Source: Macrostomum lignano
Lineage: Eukaryota
Assembly (NCBI GenBank): GCA_002269645.1
Contig: NIVC01004584.1
Location: 1 to 41,370, forward strand
Direction of reading: 5' to 3'
DNA: 41,370 nucleotides
This document shows, piece by piece, positions 11,538-22,800 of the stretch; positions within the stretch are counted from its first letter, which is position 1, and the number at the start of each line of letters is the position of its first letter. Under the pieces are notes generated by a model. The model did not search any database. It had not been told where the DNA came from and worked only from the letters and a program-made list of their open reading frames with translations. The position numbers and the translations under genes are program-made.

Positions 11538-13822
11538 CTCTCTGCTCTCATTTCTTATATCTCATATACGGTCTCAGACTCTACTTTCTTGTCTCCCATC
11601 TTTCTTTCCTCCTTTCCACTACCCCCCGTCTCTTCTCTTCTCTCTTTTCTAATCTCTAATCTCTTCTCTCTTATGTTCTCACTCATCTCTTCTCCTCGCA
11701 TCTCTCATCTCTCCTCTCCTCACTACTTCCCTCTCTTAACTCTCTCATCTCTGATTTTTCATCTCTCTCCTCTCTCCTCTCGCTCTTTTCCTTTCGCTTC
11801 TCTCTCCTCCCTCTCCTCTCATCTCTACTACTTTATTTATATCTTCTCCCTCGTCTTTCGTCTCTACTCTCGTCTGTCTCCTTTCTCCCCTTTTTTCTCC
11901 TCTTTTCTCTCTTCTCTCTCCGCTCCTCTCTCATCTCTCATCCCTCATCTCACTCTTTCTTTCTCCTCTACTCTCCCCTCTCTTCTATTTCCTCTGTACG
12001 CTCTTATCCTTCATCTATTCTCTCTCCTATTATCTCTCTTGTCTCCCTTTGCTATCTCATATATCCACTCTTATCTCCTCTCTCCTCTTCGCTTTTCTGT
12101 CCTTCGTTCCCGCCTTAATCCCCTCTTCTCTCCCATCTGTCATGTCTAATCTCTCCACTCATTTCTACTCTGTTTTCTACCATCTCATATCTCTTCTCTT
12201 TTCATTCTTCTTTTTATTCTCTTCTCTGACTGATTGAAGATGCCAAATCAATCAAGATCCTCTCCGCGAAGCAGAAATCCTGTCCGTGCAACTGAAAACC
12301 ATCGAAATCCTCTCCGTGAAACTGAAGAGAATCGAAATCCTTTCCGCGAAACAGAAATCCTCTCCGTGAAACTGAAAACCATCGAAATTCTTTCTTTTAA
12401 ACTGGACTCAATCGAAATTTTCTCCGTCAAAAAGAATAAATATCAGGATTCATTGGTTATTGTTAAGGGTTAGGGTTAGGGTTAGAGCTACACACAGCTG
12501 CGTGTTCAAATAAAAAATGAACCAATTGAATCAATTGATTGCGCAACCGATTTCACAGTCAGTCAGTATCAGTCTCAGTTAAAGTTAGCAAAAAAATTGC
12601 GCAATCTAAATCAACCCTCCAGTACACAGAGACCGACCCCTTTTCAATACGCAGTGGCAGTTAGAAATTGAACCTCAAACTTTTGGGGGCATTGAACAAA
12701 AAAATGAGTACAATCTTTGCATAAAGCTAAAAGTATGGAAATGGTTTTTTGAAACATTTTATATCCTCGAACTCAGCGTTGCAAGATCTTTTCAGCAGTA
12801 TAAGTCTCTTCTCTTAAAGTTTAGAACTCGAAGAGCAGTTAGCGTTTGAAAGTTCCCGTTTTAAAGCATTGAAATGTCGCGTGTACGTTCACTGCCTGCC
12901 AAAGAGGCTCGCAAGTTTATTCATTTACTACACAGGCCGGCTATTACACAGGGCAGCCTATTGAAAGGCACAGATAATAAAACAAAATTGATGGCGCAAC
13001 TGATTTCACAGTATGTCAGTATCAGTCTCAGTTACAGTTAACAAAAAGATTGCGCAATCTAAATCAACCCTCCAATACACAGCGCCCGACCGCCTTCCAC
13101 TACGCAGTGGCAATTAGCAATTGAACCCCCCAAATTTATCTCTGACCTATCGCAAAAATAAGTACAATCTTTGCAGCAAGTTAAAAGTAAAAGTAATAAA
13201 ATCGTTTTTTGAATGCTGTGCTTTTAATTTTTACAGTTAAAGCAAACAACTTATATCCCTGAACTCAGCGTTGCAAGATCTTTCCAGCAATATAAGTCTC
13301 TCCTCTCAAAGTTCAAAAATCGAGCAACAGTTAGCATTTGAAACTTTCTGATTTAAAGCATTGAAATATCGAGTGTACGTTCACTGCCTGCTAGAGAGGC
13401 TCGCAAATTGATGCATTGAATTTCACTGTCCGCCAGTTAGCTAGGGTCCAAGTGTACACACGCCGCCACTGAGAACGCTCCTATCCCCCACTGGAGAGAA
13501 AATACACTGCCAAGTTAGCAAAATTTTATGGCGCAATCACTTAAAATTCATGCAAATTTTCAGCTCCAAGCAGAAAGAGGGGACAATTAAGATTATCAAA
13601 GGTCAAGACCGCCGTTTTCTGCTTTTTTGAGGATCTTAGAAATTAAAATTTCAGAATTAAAATAGCCTATAGCCGACCTCGGATAATTTCCAATCTTCCC
13701 ATATAAGTTTCAACGCTGAGTTGCCACTATTCAAGGAGGAGTTGTCGAAATGACACACACACACACACACACACACAGACAGACATACAGACAGACAAAC
13801 AACGCGTCAACTTTAGTATATA
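11053..13822 (-). mobile_element. Non-autonomous Helitron unit 7 (beta type)
   Basis: CCACTCG end, CT tract, TTAGGG-like tract at 12463-12481, two internal modules. Confidence 0.8.
11210..12232. repeat. CT-rich low-complexity tract with a pure (CT)n core near 11487-11530
   Basis: Read directly from the sequence. Confidence 0.9.
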
Positions 13823-13984
13823 CGAGTGGAACTCCTCCTTCGGAGGAGAAAGGGGAAGAACTCCCATCACCGGAATTCCATTCCCTGAAATATCCATCAA
13901 CTGAAATTCCATGTCTTGAACCCTATCTTCCAAATCGTCTCCAAATTCTTTACAAACCTTTCAAAGACTATAGCTCAAAGACTC

Positions 13985-14425
13985 TTACGTCTCTCATATC
14001 TCCTCTCTCCTCTCTTCGCTATTATCTTGACTCTCTTCTCTCTCCTCTCTCTCTTCTCATCTCTACTCCCTTTATCTATCTCTTCTCCCTCGTCTTTCGT
14101 CTCTACTTTCTCCTTTCTCCTCTTCTCTCTCATCTCTCATCTGTACTCTTTTTCTTTCTCCTCTACTCTCTCCTCTTCTATTTCCTCTGTACGCTCTTAT
14201 CCCTCCTCTCTTCTCTCTCCTCTTATCTCTCCTGTCTCCTCTTTGCTATCTTATATCTCCCCTCTCATCTCCTCTCTTCTTTTCTCTTCTCTCTCCTTCG
14301 TTCCCGCCTTACTCCCCTCTTCTCTCCCATCTGGCATGTCTAATCTCTCCACTCATTTCTACTCTGTTTTCTATCATCTCATCTCTCTTCTCTTTTCATT
14401 CTTTTCCTTACTCTATTCTCTGACT
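13985..14425. repeat. CT-rich low-complexity tract
   Basis: Read directly from the sequence. Confidence 0.9.
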
Positions 14426-14814
14426 GATTGAAGATGCCAAATACATCAAGATCCTCTCCGCGAAGCAGAAATCCTGTTCGTGCAACTGAAAACCATCGAA
14501 ATCCTCTCCGTGAAACTGGACTCCTTCGAAATCCTCTCCTTGAAACCTGAATCCATCAAAATTGTTTCCATAAAACAGAAATCAATCATAAATTATCTCA
14601 GCGAAACAAAAAGCCTCTCCGTGAAGCTGAACATGATCGAAATCCTCTCCGTGAAACTGAAGACCATGGAAATCCTTTCGTGAAACTGAACATCATCGAA
14701 ATCCTCTCCACGAAACAGAAATCTTCTCCGTCAGAATTTAAACATTGAAATCGTCTCCGCTAAACTTGACTTAATCGAATTTTTTCCGTCAAACAACTCA
14801 ACTCGCCAGATTCA

Positions 14815-14850
14815 TTAGGGCTAGGGTTAAGGTTAGGGTTAGGGTTAGGG
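14815..14850 (+). repeat. Interstitial telomere-like tract TTAGGG CTAGGG TTAAGG (TTAGGG)3
   Basis: Read directly from the sequence. Confidence 0.95.
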
Positions 14851-16251
14851 TTAGAACTACGCACAGCTTCGTGTTAAAAGGCACTGATAAAAATATTGAA
14901 TTAATTGAATCAAATCATTGCGCAACCGATTTCACAGTCAGTCAGTATCAGTCTCAGTTAAAGTTAACAAAAACATTGCGCAATCTAAATCAACCCTCCA
15001 ATACACAGCAGCAGTGAGAAGTTGAACCCTCCCCCAACTTTATCTATTACGTCTCGCAAAACTGAGTACAATTTTTGCAGAAAGTTAAAAGTATGGAAAT
15101 AGTTTTTTAAATGCGGTGCTTTTTCTTTTCATATTTAAAGCAAACAACTTATATCCCTAAACTCAGCGTTGCAAGATCTTGCCAGCAATATAAGTCTCTC
15201 CTCTCAAAGTTTAAAACTCAAGGAGCAGTTAGCGTTTGAAATTTACCGATTTCCCGACTGCTTGCCTGAGAGGCTCGCAATTTTGTACATTGAATTTCAC
15301 TGCCAAGCTAATACACAGGGCCGATAATAAAAAAGCTAACCAATTGAATCAATTGATTGCGCAATATATTTCTGTGTTAGTCAGTATAAGTCTCAGTTAA
15401 AGTTAACAAAAAGTTTGCGCAATCTAATCAACCCTCCAATACAAAGCAACTGACCCCCTTCCTATACACAGCGCCAGTTAGAAGTCGAAACCCCCAACTT
15501 TATCTCTCACCTCTCGCCAAAATGAGTACAATCTTTGCAGAAAGTTTAAAGTATGGAAATAGTTTTTGCAATGCAGAGCTTTTAGTTTTCATATTTGAAG
15601 CAAACAATTTATATCCCTGAAATCAGCTTTGCAAGTTCTTTCCAGCAATATAAATTTTTTCTCTCAAAGTTAAAAACTCGAGCAACAGTTTGCGTTTGAA
15701 ACTTTCTGATTTAAAGCATTGAAATATCGATTGTACGTTCACTGCCTGCTAAAGAGGCCCGCAAGTTTATGCATTGAATTTCAAGGTTCAACAAAATCAC
15801 AGGGCTGCCTATTGAAAATTAGAACACAAATCTTTGCGCAATTGTCTATACAGTCAGCCAGTGAGCCAGGGTCCGATTGTACACAGGCAGCCATTTAGAA
15901 CGCCCCATCCCCCCACTGGAGAGAAAATACACTGCAGAGATAGGGAAAAGTTGTGGCGCAATCACTTGAAATTCATGCAAATTTTCAGCTCCAAGCAGAA
16001 AGAGGGGACAATTAAGATTATCAAAGGTCAAGACCGCCGTTTTCTGCTTTTTTGAGGATCTTAGAAATTAAAATTTCAGAATTAAAATAGCCTATAGCCG
16101 ACCTCGGATAATTTCCAATCTTCCCATATAAGTTTCGACGCTGAGTTGCCACTATTCAAGGAGGAGTTGTCGAAATGACACACACACACACACACACAGA
16201 CAGACAGACAAACAACGCGTCAACTTTAGTATATATAGATAGATAGATAGA

Positions 16252-19063
16252 CGAGTGGAACTCCTCCTTCGGAGGAGAAAGGGGAAGAACTCCCATCACC
16301 GGAATTCCATTCCCTGAAATATCCATCAACTGAAATTCCATGTCTTGAAACCTATCTTCCAAATCGTCTCCAAATTCTTTAGAAAACCTTTCAAAGACCA
16401 TAGCTCAAAGACTCTCACGTCTCTCATATCTACTCTCTCCACTCTGTGCTATTATCGTGACTCTCTTCTCTCTCCTCTCTCTCATCTCATCTCTACCCGT
16501 ACTCCCTTATTTATGTTTTCTCCCTCGTCTTTCGTCTGTACCCTCTCCTGTCTCTTGTCTCCTCTCTTCTCTCATATCTCTCCTCTTCACTTCTGTCTCC
16601 TGTCTTCTCTCTTCTCTCTTATCTCTCCCTCTTCTCTCCTCTTTTATATGTCATCCCTATTCACTTATCTATCGTCTCTCTTAACCCTCTCTCTCTTCTC
16701 TTTTCTTTCCTCTCTGCTCTCATTTCTCATATCTCATATACGCTCTCACACTCCACTTACTTGTCTCCAATCTTTCTTTCCTTCTTTCCACTTTTCCCTG
16801 TCTCTTCTCTTCTCTCTTTTCTATCCTCTCCATTCTCTCTTTTCTCCTCCCCTTGCTCCTTTTATCTTCTCCCCTCTCTTCTCTAATCTCTTCTCTCTTC
16901 TCTCTTATGTTCTCACTCATCTCTTATCATCGCATCTCTCATCTCTCCTCTCCTCACTACTTTCCTCTCTTAACTCTCTTATCTATTTCATCTCTCTCCT
17001 CTCTCCTCTTTCTCTTCTCCTCTCGCTTCTTCTCTCGCTTCTCTCTCCTATCTCTCCTCTCATCTCTACTACCGTATTTATATCTTCTAACTGGTCCTTC
17101 GTCTCTACTCTCTCCTTTCTCCTTTCTCCCCTCTTTTCTCCTTTCTTGTCTCTCCTGTCTCCCCTCCTCTCTCATCCCTCATCCCCTCATCTCACTCTTT
17201 CTTTCTCCTCTACTCTCCCCTCTCTTCTATTTTCTCTGTACGCTCTTATCCCTAATCTATTTTCTCTCCTCTCTCCTCTTTTCTTCTCTCTCCCTCTTCG
17301 TTCCCGCCTAAATCCCCTCTTCTCTCCAATCTGTCATGTCTAATATCTCCACTTATTTCTACTCTGTTTTCTATCATCTCATCTCTCTTCTGCTTTCATT
17401 CTTCTCTTTACTCTTTTCTCTGACTGATTGAAGATGCCAAATCCATCAAGATCCTCTCCGCGAAGCAGAAATCCTGTCCGTGCAACTGAAAACCATCGAA
17501 ATCCTCTCCGTGAAACTGGACTCCTTCGAAATCCTTTCCGTGAAACTGAAAACCATCGAAATTCTCTCTTTTAAACTGGACTCAATCGAAATTTTCTCCG
17601 TCAAAAAAAATAAATATCAGGATTCATTGGTTAGGGTTATTGTTAGGGTTAGGGTTAGGGTTAAAGCTACACACAGCTGCGTGTTCAAATAAAAATTGAA
17701 CCAATTGAATCAATTGATTGCGCAACCGATTTCTCAGTCAGTCAGTATCAGTCTCAGTTAAAGTTAACAAAAAGATTGCGCAATCTAAATCAACCCTCCA
17801 GTACACAGAGACCGACCTCTTTTCAATACGCAGTAGCAGTTAGAAATTGAACGCCGAACTGTTGGGGGCATTGAACCAAAAAATGAGTACAATCTTTGCA
17901 GAAAGCTAAAAGTATGGAAATAGTTTTTTTGATGCTGCTCTTTTAGTCTTTATATTTATAGCAAACAATTTATATCCTCGAACTCAGCGTTGCAAGATCT
18001 TTTCAGCAGTATAAGTATCTTCTCTTAAAGTTTAGAACTCGAAGAGCAGTTAGCGTTTGAAAGTTCCCGTTTTAAGGCATTGAAATATCGCGTGTACGTT
18101 CACTGCCTGCCAAAGAGGCTCGCAAATTTATTCATTCATTACACAGGCTGGCTATTACACAGGGCAGCCTTTTGAAAGGCACAGATAATAAAACAAATTG
18201 ATGGCGCAACCGATTTCACAGTCAGTCAGTATCAGTCTCAGTTAAAGTTAACAAAAACATTGCGCAATCTAAATCAACCCTCCAATACACAGCAGCAGTA
18301 AGAAGTTGAACCCTCCCCCAAACTTTATCTATTACGTCTCGCAAAACTGAGTACAATTTTTGCAGAAAGTTAAAAGTATGGAAATAGTTTTTTCAATGCT
18401 GTGCTTTTTCTTTTCATATTTAAAGCAAACAGTTTATATCCCTGAAATCAGCTTTGCAAGTTCTTTCCAGCAATATAAATTTTTTCTCTCAAAGTTAAAA
18501 ACTCGAGCAACAGTTTGCATTTGAAACTTTCTGATTTAAAGCATTGAAATATCAATTGTACGTTCACTGCCTGCTAAAGAGGCCCGCAAGTTTATGCATT
18601 GAATTTCAAGGTTCAACAAAATCACAGGGCTGCCTATTGAAAATTAGAACACAAATCTTTGCGCAATTGTCTATAAAGTCAGCCGGTGAGCCAGGGTCCG
18701 ATTGTACACATGCAGCCATTTAGAACGCCCCATCCCCCCACTGGAGAGAAAATACACTGCCAAGGTAGCAAAATTTTATGGCGCAATCACTTAAAATTCA
18801 TGCAAATTTTCAGCTCCGAGCAGAAAGAGGGGACAATTAAGATTATCAAAGGTCAAGACCGCCGTTTTCTGCTTTTTTTGAGGATCTTAGAAATTAAAAT
18901 TTCAGAATTAAAATAGCCTATAGCCGACCTCGGATAATTTCCAATCTTCCCATATAAGTTTCAACGCTGAGTTGGCACTATTCAAGGAGGAGTTGTCGAA
19001 ATGACAGACAGACATACAGACAGACATACAGACAGACAAACAACGCGTCAACTTTAGTATATA
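16252..19063 (-). mobile_element. Non-autonomous Helitron unit 9 (beta type)
   Basis: CCACTCG end, CT tract, TTAGGG tract at 17631-17660, head TATATACTAAAG abutting the 3' end of the autonomous unit. Confidence 0.8.
16415..17425. repeat. CT-rich low-complexity tract
   Basis: Read directly from the sequence. Confidence 0.9.
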
Positions 19064-19705
19064 GGCCAACTCCTCCGCTGGAGGAGAAAGGGGAAGAACT
19101 CCCATCACCGGAATTCAAATTCCTGAACTCCATCAGCTGAATCCCATGACCCAACTCAGTTTCAGTAAAAGTCTCACGAAGCGGTTGACATAATCAATTT
19201 CTTAGGCAGTCGGCAACAGTTTCAATTATGTGAACAAATGATTACTCAATCTAAATTAACCCTCCAATGCACACTCCCCGCCGATACTCAGCAACCCCCC
19301 CCCCCGGTTAATACACATGGCTGCCTTTTGAAAGGCACTGATGATAAAACAAATTGAACAATAGATGGCGCAATCGTTATCTCAGTCAGTCAGTATCAGT
19401 CTCACTTAACTTTAATATAAAGTTACGCAATGTAAATCAACCCTCCAATGCACATTGGCAGTTAGAAATTGAACACCTTAACTTTATATTTGACCTATCC
19501 CAAAAATGAGTACAATCTGTGCTCAGTTAGAACTCCATCCCCTATAGAATCCTAGCTTTGAAGCTTAAGTTTGGCATATGTAGTAACTTAATGTTTTTTT
19601 AATTGCATGAAAAAACTGCACTTTCATGGACATAAGCGAGGCAAATATTGCAATGCAATTAAAGGCATAAAAATAAGCAAAGACATATTTACAGTATATT
19701 TTATT

Positions 19706-20118
19706 AGTCAACACAGTCCAAAAACAACTTGAAGAAATCGAAAAGCTGCAGAAAGCCACAGAGGGCACTTACAGTTTGAGCGCAAGAATAACATCTGAAT
19801 GATCAGGAGAAGCAATTATACCCAACAAAAGTCAAAAGATCCACCCGCCAAGCAAAGATATTTGTATTCACATTTTACTGTGCATTTTAAATGAGAAGTT
19901 GTCTAACTACACCGGATTTGTACTTGTGGAACTTTCGACTGTTGCAGAGTATAAAAGGGCACAACAGGAAGCAAAGATCAAGTCCATCTCGAAAGAAATT
20001 GTAACAGAGCAAAGAAAGCAGCTGAAAGTACTTGAAGCTACTGGCAAACACGAATACGAACTGGGAGTGCAAGGAGAAGGAATGTGACTGCTTGGTTACC
20101 CGACTGCAAGAGAAGACA
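19706..20118 (+). pseudogene. Decayed inverted copy of the coiled-coil gene with an intron-like insert (~19808-19947)
   Basis: AGTCAACACAGTCC...CTGCAGAAAGCC...AACATCTGAA aligns to the ORF 5' part. EYKRAQQEAKIKSISKEIVTEQRKQL aligns to EHKSAQHEAKLKSSLEEVVMEQRQQL. Indels break the frame. Confidence 0.8.
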
Positions 20119-20120
20119 TT

Positions 20121-20126
20121 TTTATT
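20121..20126 (-). terminator. Candidate polyadenylation signal AATAAA of the coiled-coil gene
   Basis: AATAAA on the minus strand about 140 nt after the stop codon. Confidence 0.4.
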
Positions 20127-20264
20127 TTTAATTTGTTAAATTATATTTTGCAAGTTTTAAAATTTTAAGTGTCTAAGATGTAGATGATTACTTGTTTTTT
20201 CTAGCTGATGGGTATCTATAAGCAGTCAGAATTCCAGCAGAAAATATAAGTTAATTACAGATAT

Positions 20265-20738
20265 TTAGTAAATAGAATAGTTAGTCTGATATACTTTGTC
20301 TGTTTCGCTCGCCTTCGCCGAGTCCGCTCCGGGCTGCGGCTCTACAGCCGGTCCGTCCGGGTGCTGAGCAGAGCCGTCGTCCCGACTGCAGAGTCGCTTC
20401 GCAGGTGGCTGGCCCGAAGCGGTGTCTTCGACGCAGGCGAGCAAAGCAGCGTCCTCGTCTTGCAGGAAGGCAGCCAAGCGGTCGCACTCCTTCTTCTTGC
20501 TCTCCAGTTCGGCTTCGGTGTCTGCCAGTCGCTTCTTGTAGTGCTCCAGCTGCTGTCGTTGCTCCATTACAACTTCTTCGAGGGAGGACTTGAGCTTTGC
20601 TTCATGTTGTGCCGATTTGTGCTCCTCCTGAAGCATTTCAGATGTTTTTCTCACGAACAAACTGAAGTGCTGCTCCATGGCTTTCTGCAGTCTTTCGAAT
20701 TTCTCCAGGTTGTTGTCGGACTGTGTTGACTTGGACAT
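20265..20738 (-). CDS. 157-aa predicted coiled-coil protein of unknown function, cargo inside the autonomous Helitron
   Basis: GC-rich ORF in AT-rich flanks; E/K/Q/L heptad-like region (about aa 10-95); NLS-like PPAKRL; upstream TATAAATA (20822-20815) and downstream AATAAA (20126-20121); a diverged homolog lies next door. The last ~10 codons are AT-rich and might be intronic. Confidence 0.7.
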   Translation of the reverse strand: MSKSTQSDNNLEKFERLQKAMEQHFSLFVRKTSEMLQEEHKSAQHEAKLKSSLEEVVMEQRQQLEHYKKRLADTEAELESKKKECDRLAAFLQDEDAALLACVEDTASGQPPAKRLCSRDDGSAQHPDGPAVEPQPGADSAKASETDKVYQTNYSIY

Positions 20739-20814
20739 TTTTGACTTATATGCAATACTCGTACAGTTGACTGTCGATTGATAACTGATAATTGGGGCTG
20801 AGTTTGCGATCTTG

Positions 20815-20822
20815 TATTTATA
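20815..20822 (-). promoter_or_regulatory. Candidate TATA box (TATAAATA) for the coiled-coil gene
   Basis: About 80 nt upstream of the ATG; Inr-like TCAGTT at 20788-20783, spacing slightly longer than typical. Confidence 0.45.
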
Positions 20823-22149
20823 GGCGCGGTTTGGGGTGAGAACTGGTGTTATTTGGTTTGGTGAGGTGTCTGCCAGATGGATTTATTCCAGTTCTCAAAA
20901 GACTTAGCACCTGCATTGGTGAGTGAATAAATTGTATATAAGCTGGTGTAGAGAGTCTCACAATTTAATTAGATTCATTTGAACTGAAACCTTTCAATTT
21001 GACTTTAAATGTTGCGCAACACAGTCGATTTTGGTCGCTCAAAAGTTACAGATTTCACATTAATGGTAAGCTTACTGAAAATGTTTTTGATTGGCTAAAC
21101 TTTTAAGCGAGCTTTAAGTCTAGAGTACAATGTCTGGGGTTGACGGTTCTGGGTTTGGCAGTCTCAATAGTGTTAAATTCAAGTGCTCACTGCCGACTAA
21201 AGAAATATGATTCAGCGTTAGGGTGCGATTGCAGCTTAAAATGATCTGCTATGGCATTCTCTGTTTAGAGCTTAGAGTTCGTCGTCAGTCTAAAGTTGTG
21301 ATAATCTAAAGTCTGTGATAGATGTTGCGCAAATCATTAATTAAATGAATTCATTCTATAACAGCTGGTTGGCTACTCATTCTCTGCCGCTGCACTATAA
21401 GGCAGTTTAAATGTGCAAAACTGATTGGCTGCCCGTCAGCTATAGCAGTCACGCAGGCACTGTACATCTTAGTGAAAATGGTGGAAGAAGTACCAAAACT
21501 ACTTTGTATAGCTGCACTGAGTTATAACTTCTTGACTTCTTCAAGTACTGATGTTGCTGCGTTCCTTTCACAGCTAGCTGAATACTCGTACTCGAGTTCC
21601 TTCGCCGCTGTTGAATATAAATAACTAATTCAAAGACATCATTGGGGGGTACGCAGGAAACGATCGAATAAATGGGATAGTCTCTTTGGCTAAGTACTTG
21701 TTAAGTTTAAATTCATGTGAATTTTATGCCTTTCTATTACTTATTGCTTGTTACTAATAGCCTATGATTGACAGCCTTGTTTGTATTCAGAATCCTGCGC
21801 ACCCCGAGTACGGTATGGCATATATTTTTTAATAAGCAAATGCATTTGTATTATAATAGGGGTGCAAGTAAAGGTGAAGAGAAAGTGGAAAGCAGTGGAA
21901 GAAACCGGATAACTGAACTGACAATATTAAATAAATAAATAAATACTAACAAATGTAATAAAATATAGAGCTTAACAAAAATAATTACGAACGGCCACTT
22001 TGTACATTAAAAAGATTCAGAAAAAATAAGTATGGCAATTGAATCTAAATTGATAGGAGCCTGAGCATTCTTAAAAGCTCCCCCCGTGTATGAAATTCAT
22101 TTAGCAACTCTGTCAAGAAACAATTTTGCCACCACCTAATCGTTTTTGT

Positions 22150-22750
22150 TAAAAATTTATCACTTATAATTTGCGACACTCTCAATTTGGCACTCTCATA
22201 ATTTATGACTCATATTTTATCAGACTCATAATTCGTCACACTCAATTTGACAGCCTGAATTTGCACCCTCTTAAGTATTATCGCACTGAAATTTGTCACT
22301 CATAATTTTTCACTCCCACTCATGATTAATGACTCCTTCGCATAATTTTTCACCAACTCGCTATCATAATTTGTCACTCTCTCTTAACATTTTTCATTCA
22401 CTCACTCACTAATAATTTGTTACTCGGTCTCATAATTTGTCACTTACTCACTCTCAAAATTTTTCAATTCTCTCATAATTCGTCACTCACTCTCATAATT
22501 TGCCACTCACTCTCATAATTTGTCACTCACTCTCATAATTTGCCACTCACTCTCATAATTTGTCACTCACTCTCATAATTTGCCACTCACTCTCATAATT
22601 TGTCACTCACTCCATAATTTGTCACTCACTCTCATAATTCGTCACTCACTCTCATAATTTGCCACTCACTCTCATAATTTGTCACTCACTCTCATAATTT
22701 GTCACTCACTCTCATAATTTGCCACTCACTCTTCTAATATGTCACTCAAA
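22150..22750. repeat. 20-bp minisatellite (CACTCACTCTCATAATTTG[T/C])n just 3' of the RepHel stop
   Basis: Near-perfect tandem copies at about 22480-22740, degenerating towards 22150. Confidence 0.92.
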
Positions 22751-22800
22751 CCTATATATTCTTTCATCCTGCCTATGATTCAGTTCAGTTCAGATAATAG

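Larger units (their letters stand above)
13823..16251 (-). mobile_element. Non-autonomous Helitron unit 8 (beta type)
   Basis: CCACTCG end; head TCTATCTATCTATCTATATATACTAAAG; six TTAGGG-like repeats at 14815-14850. Confidence 0.8.

Noticed and set aside
20800-22800. Helentron-type AP endonuclease, OTU or RPA gene downstream of the helicase
   Set aside because: RepHel stops at 22801 and I found no ORF or motif for these genes, so the element is not called a Helentron despite the subterminal inverted repeats.
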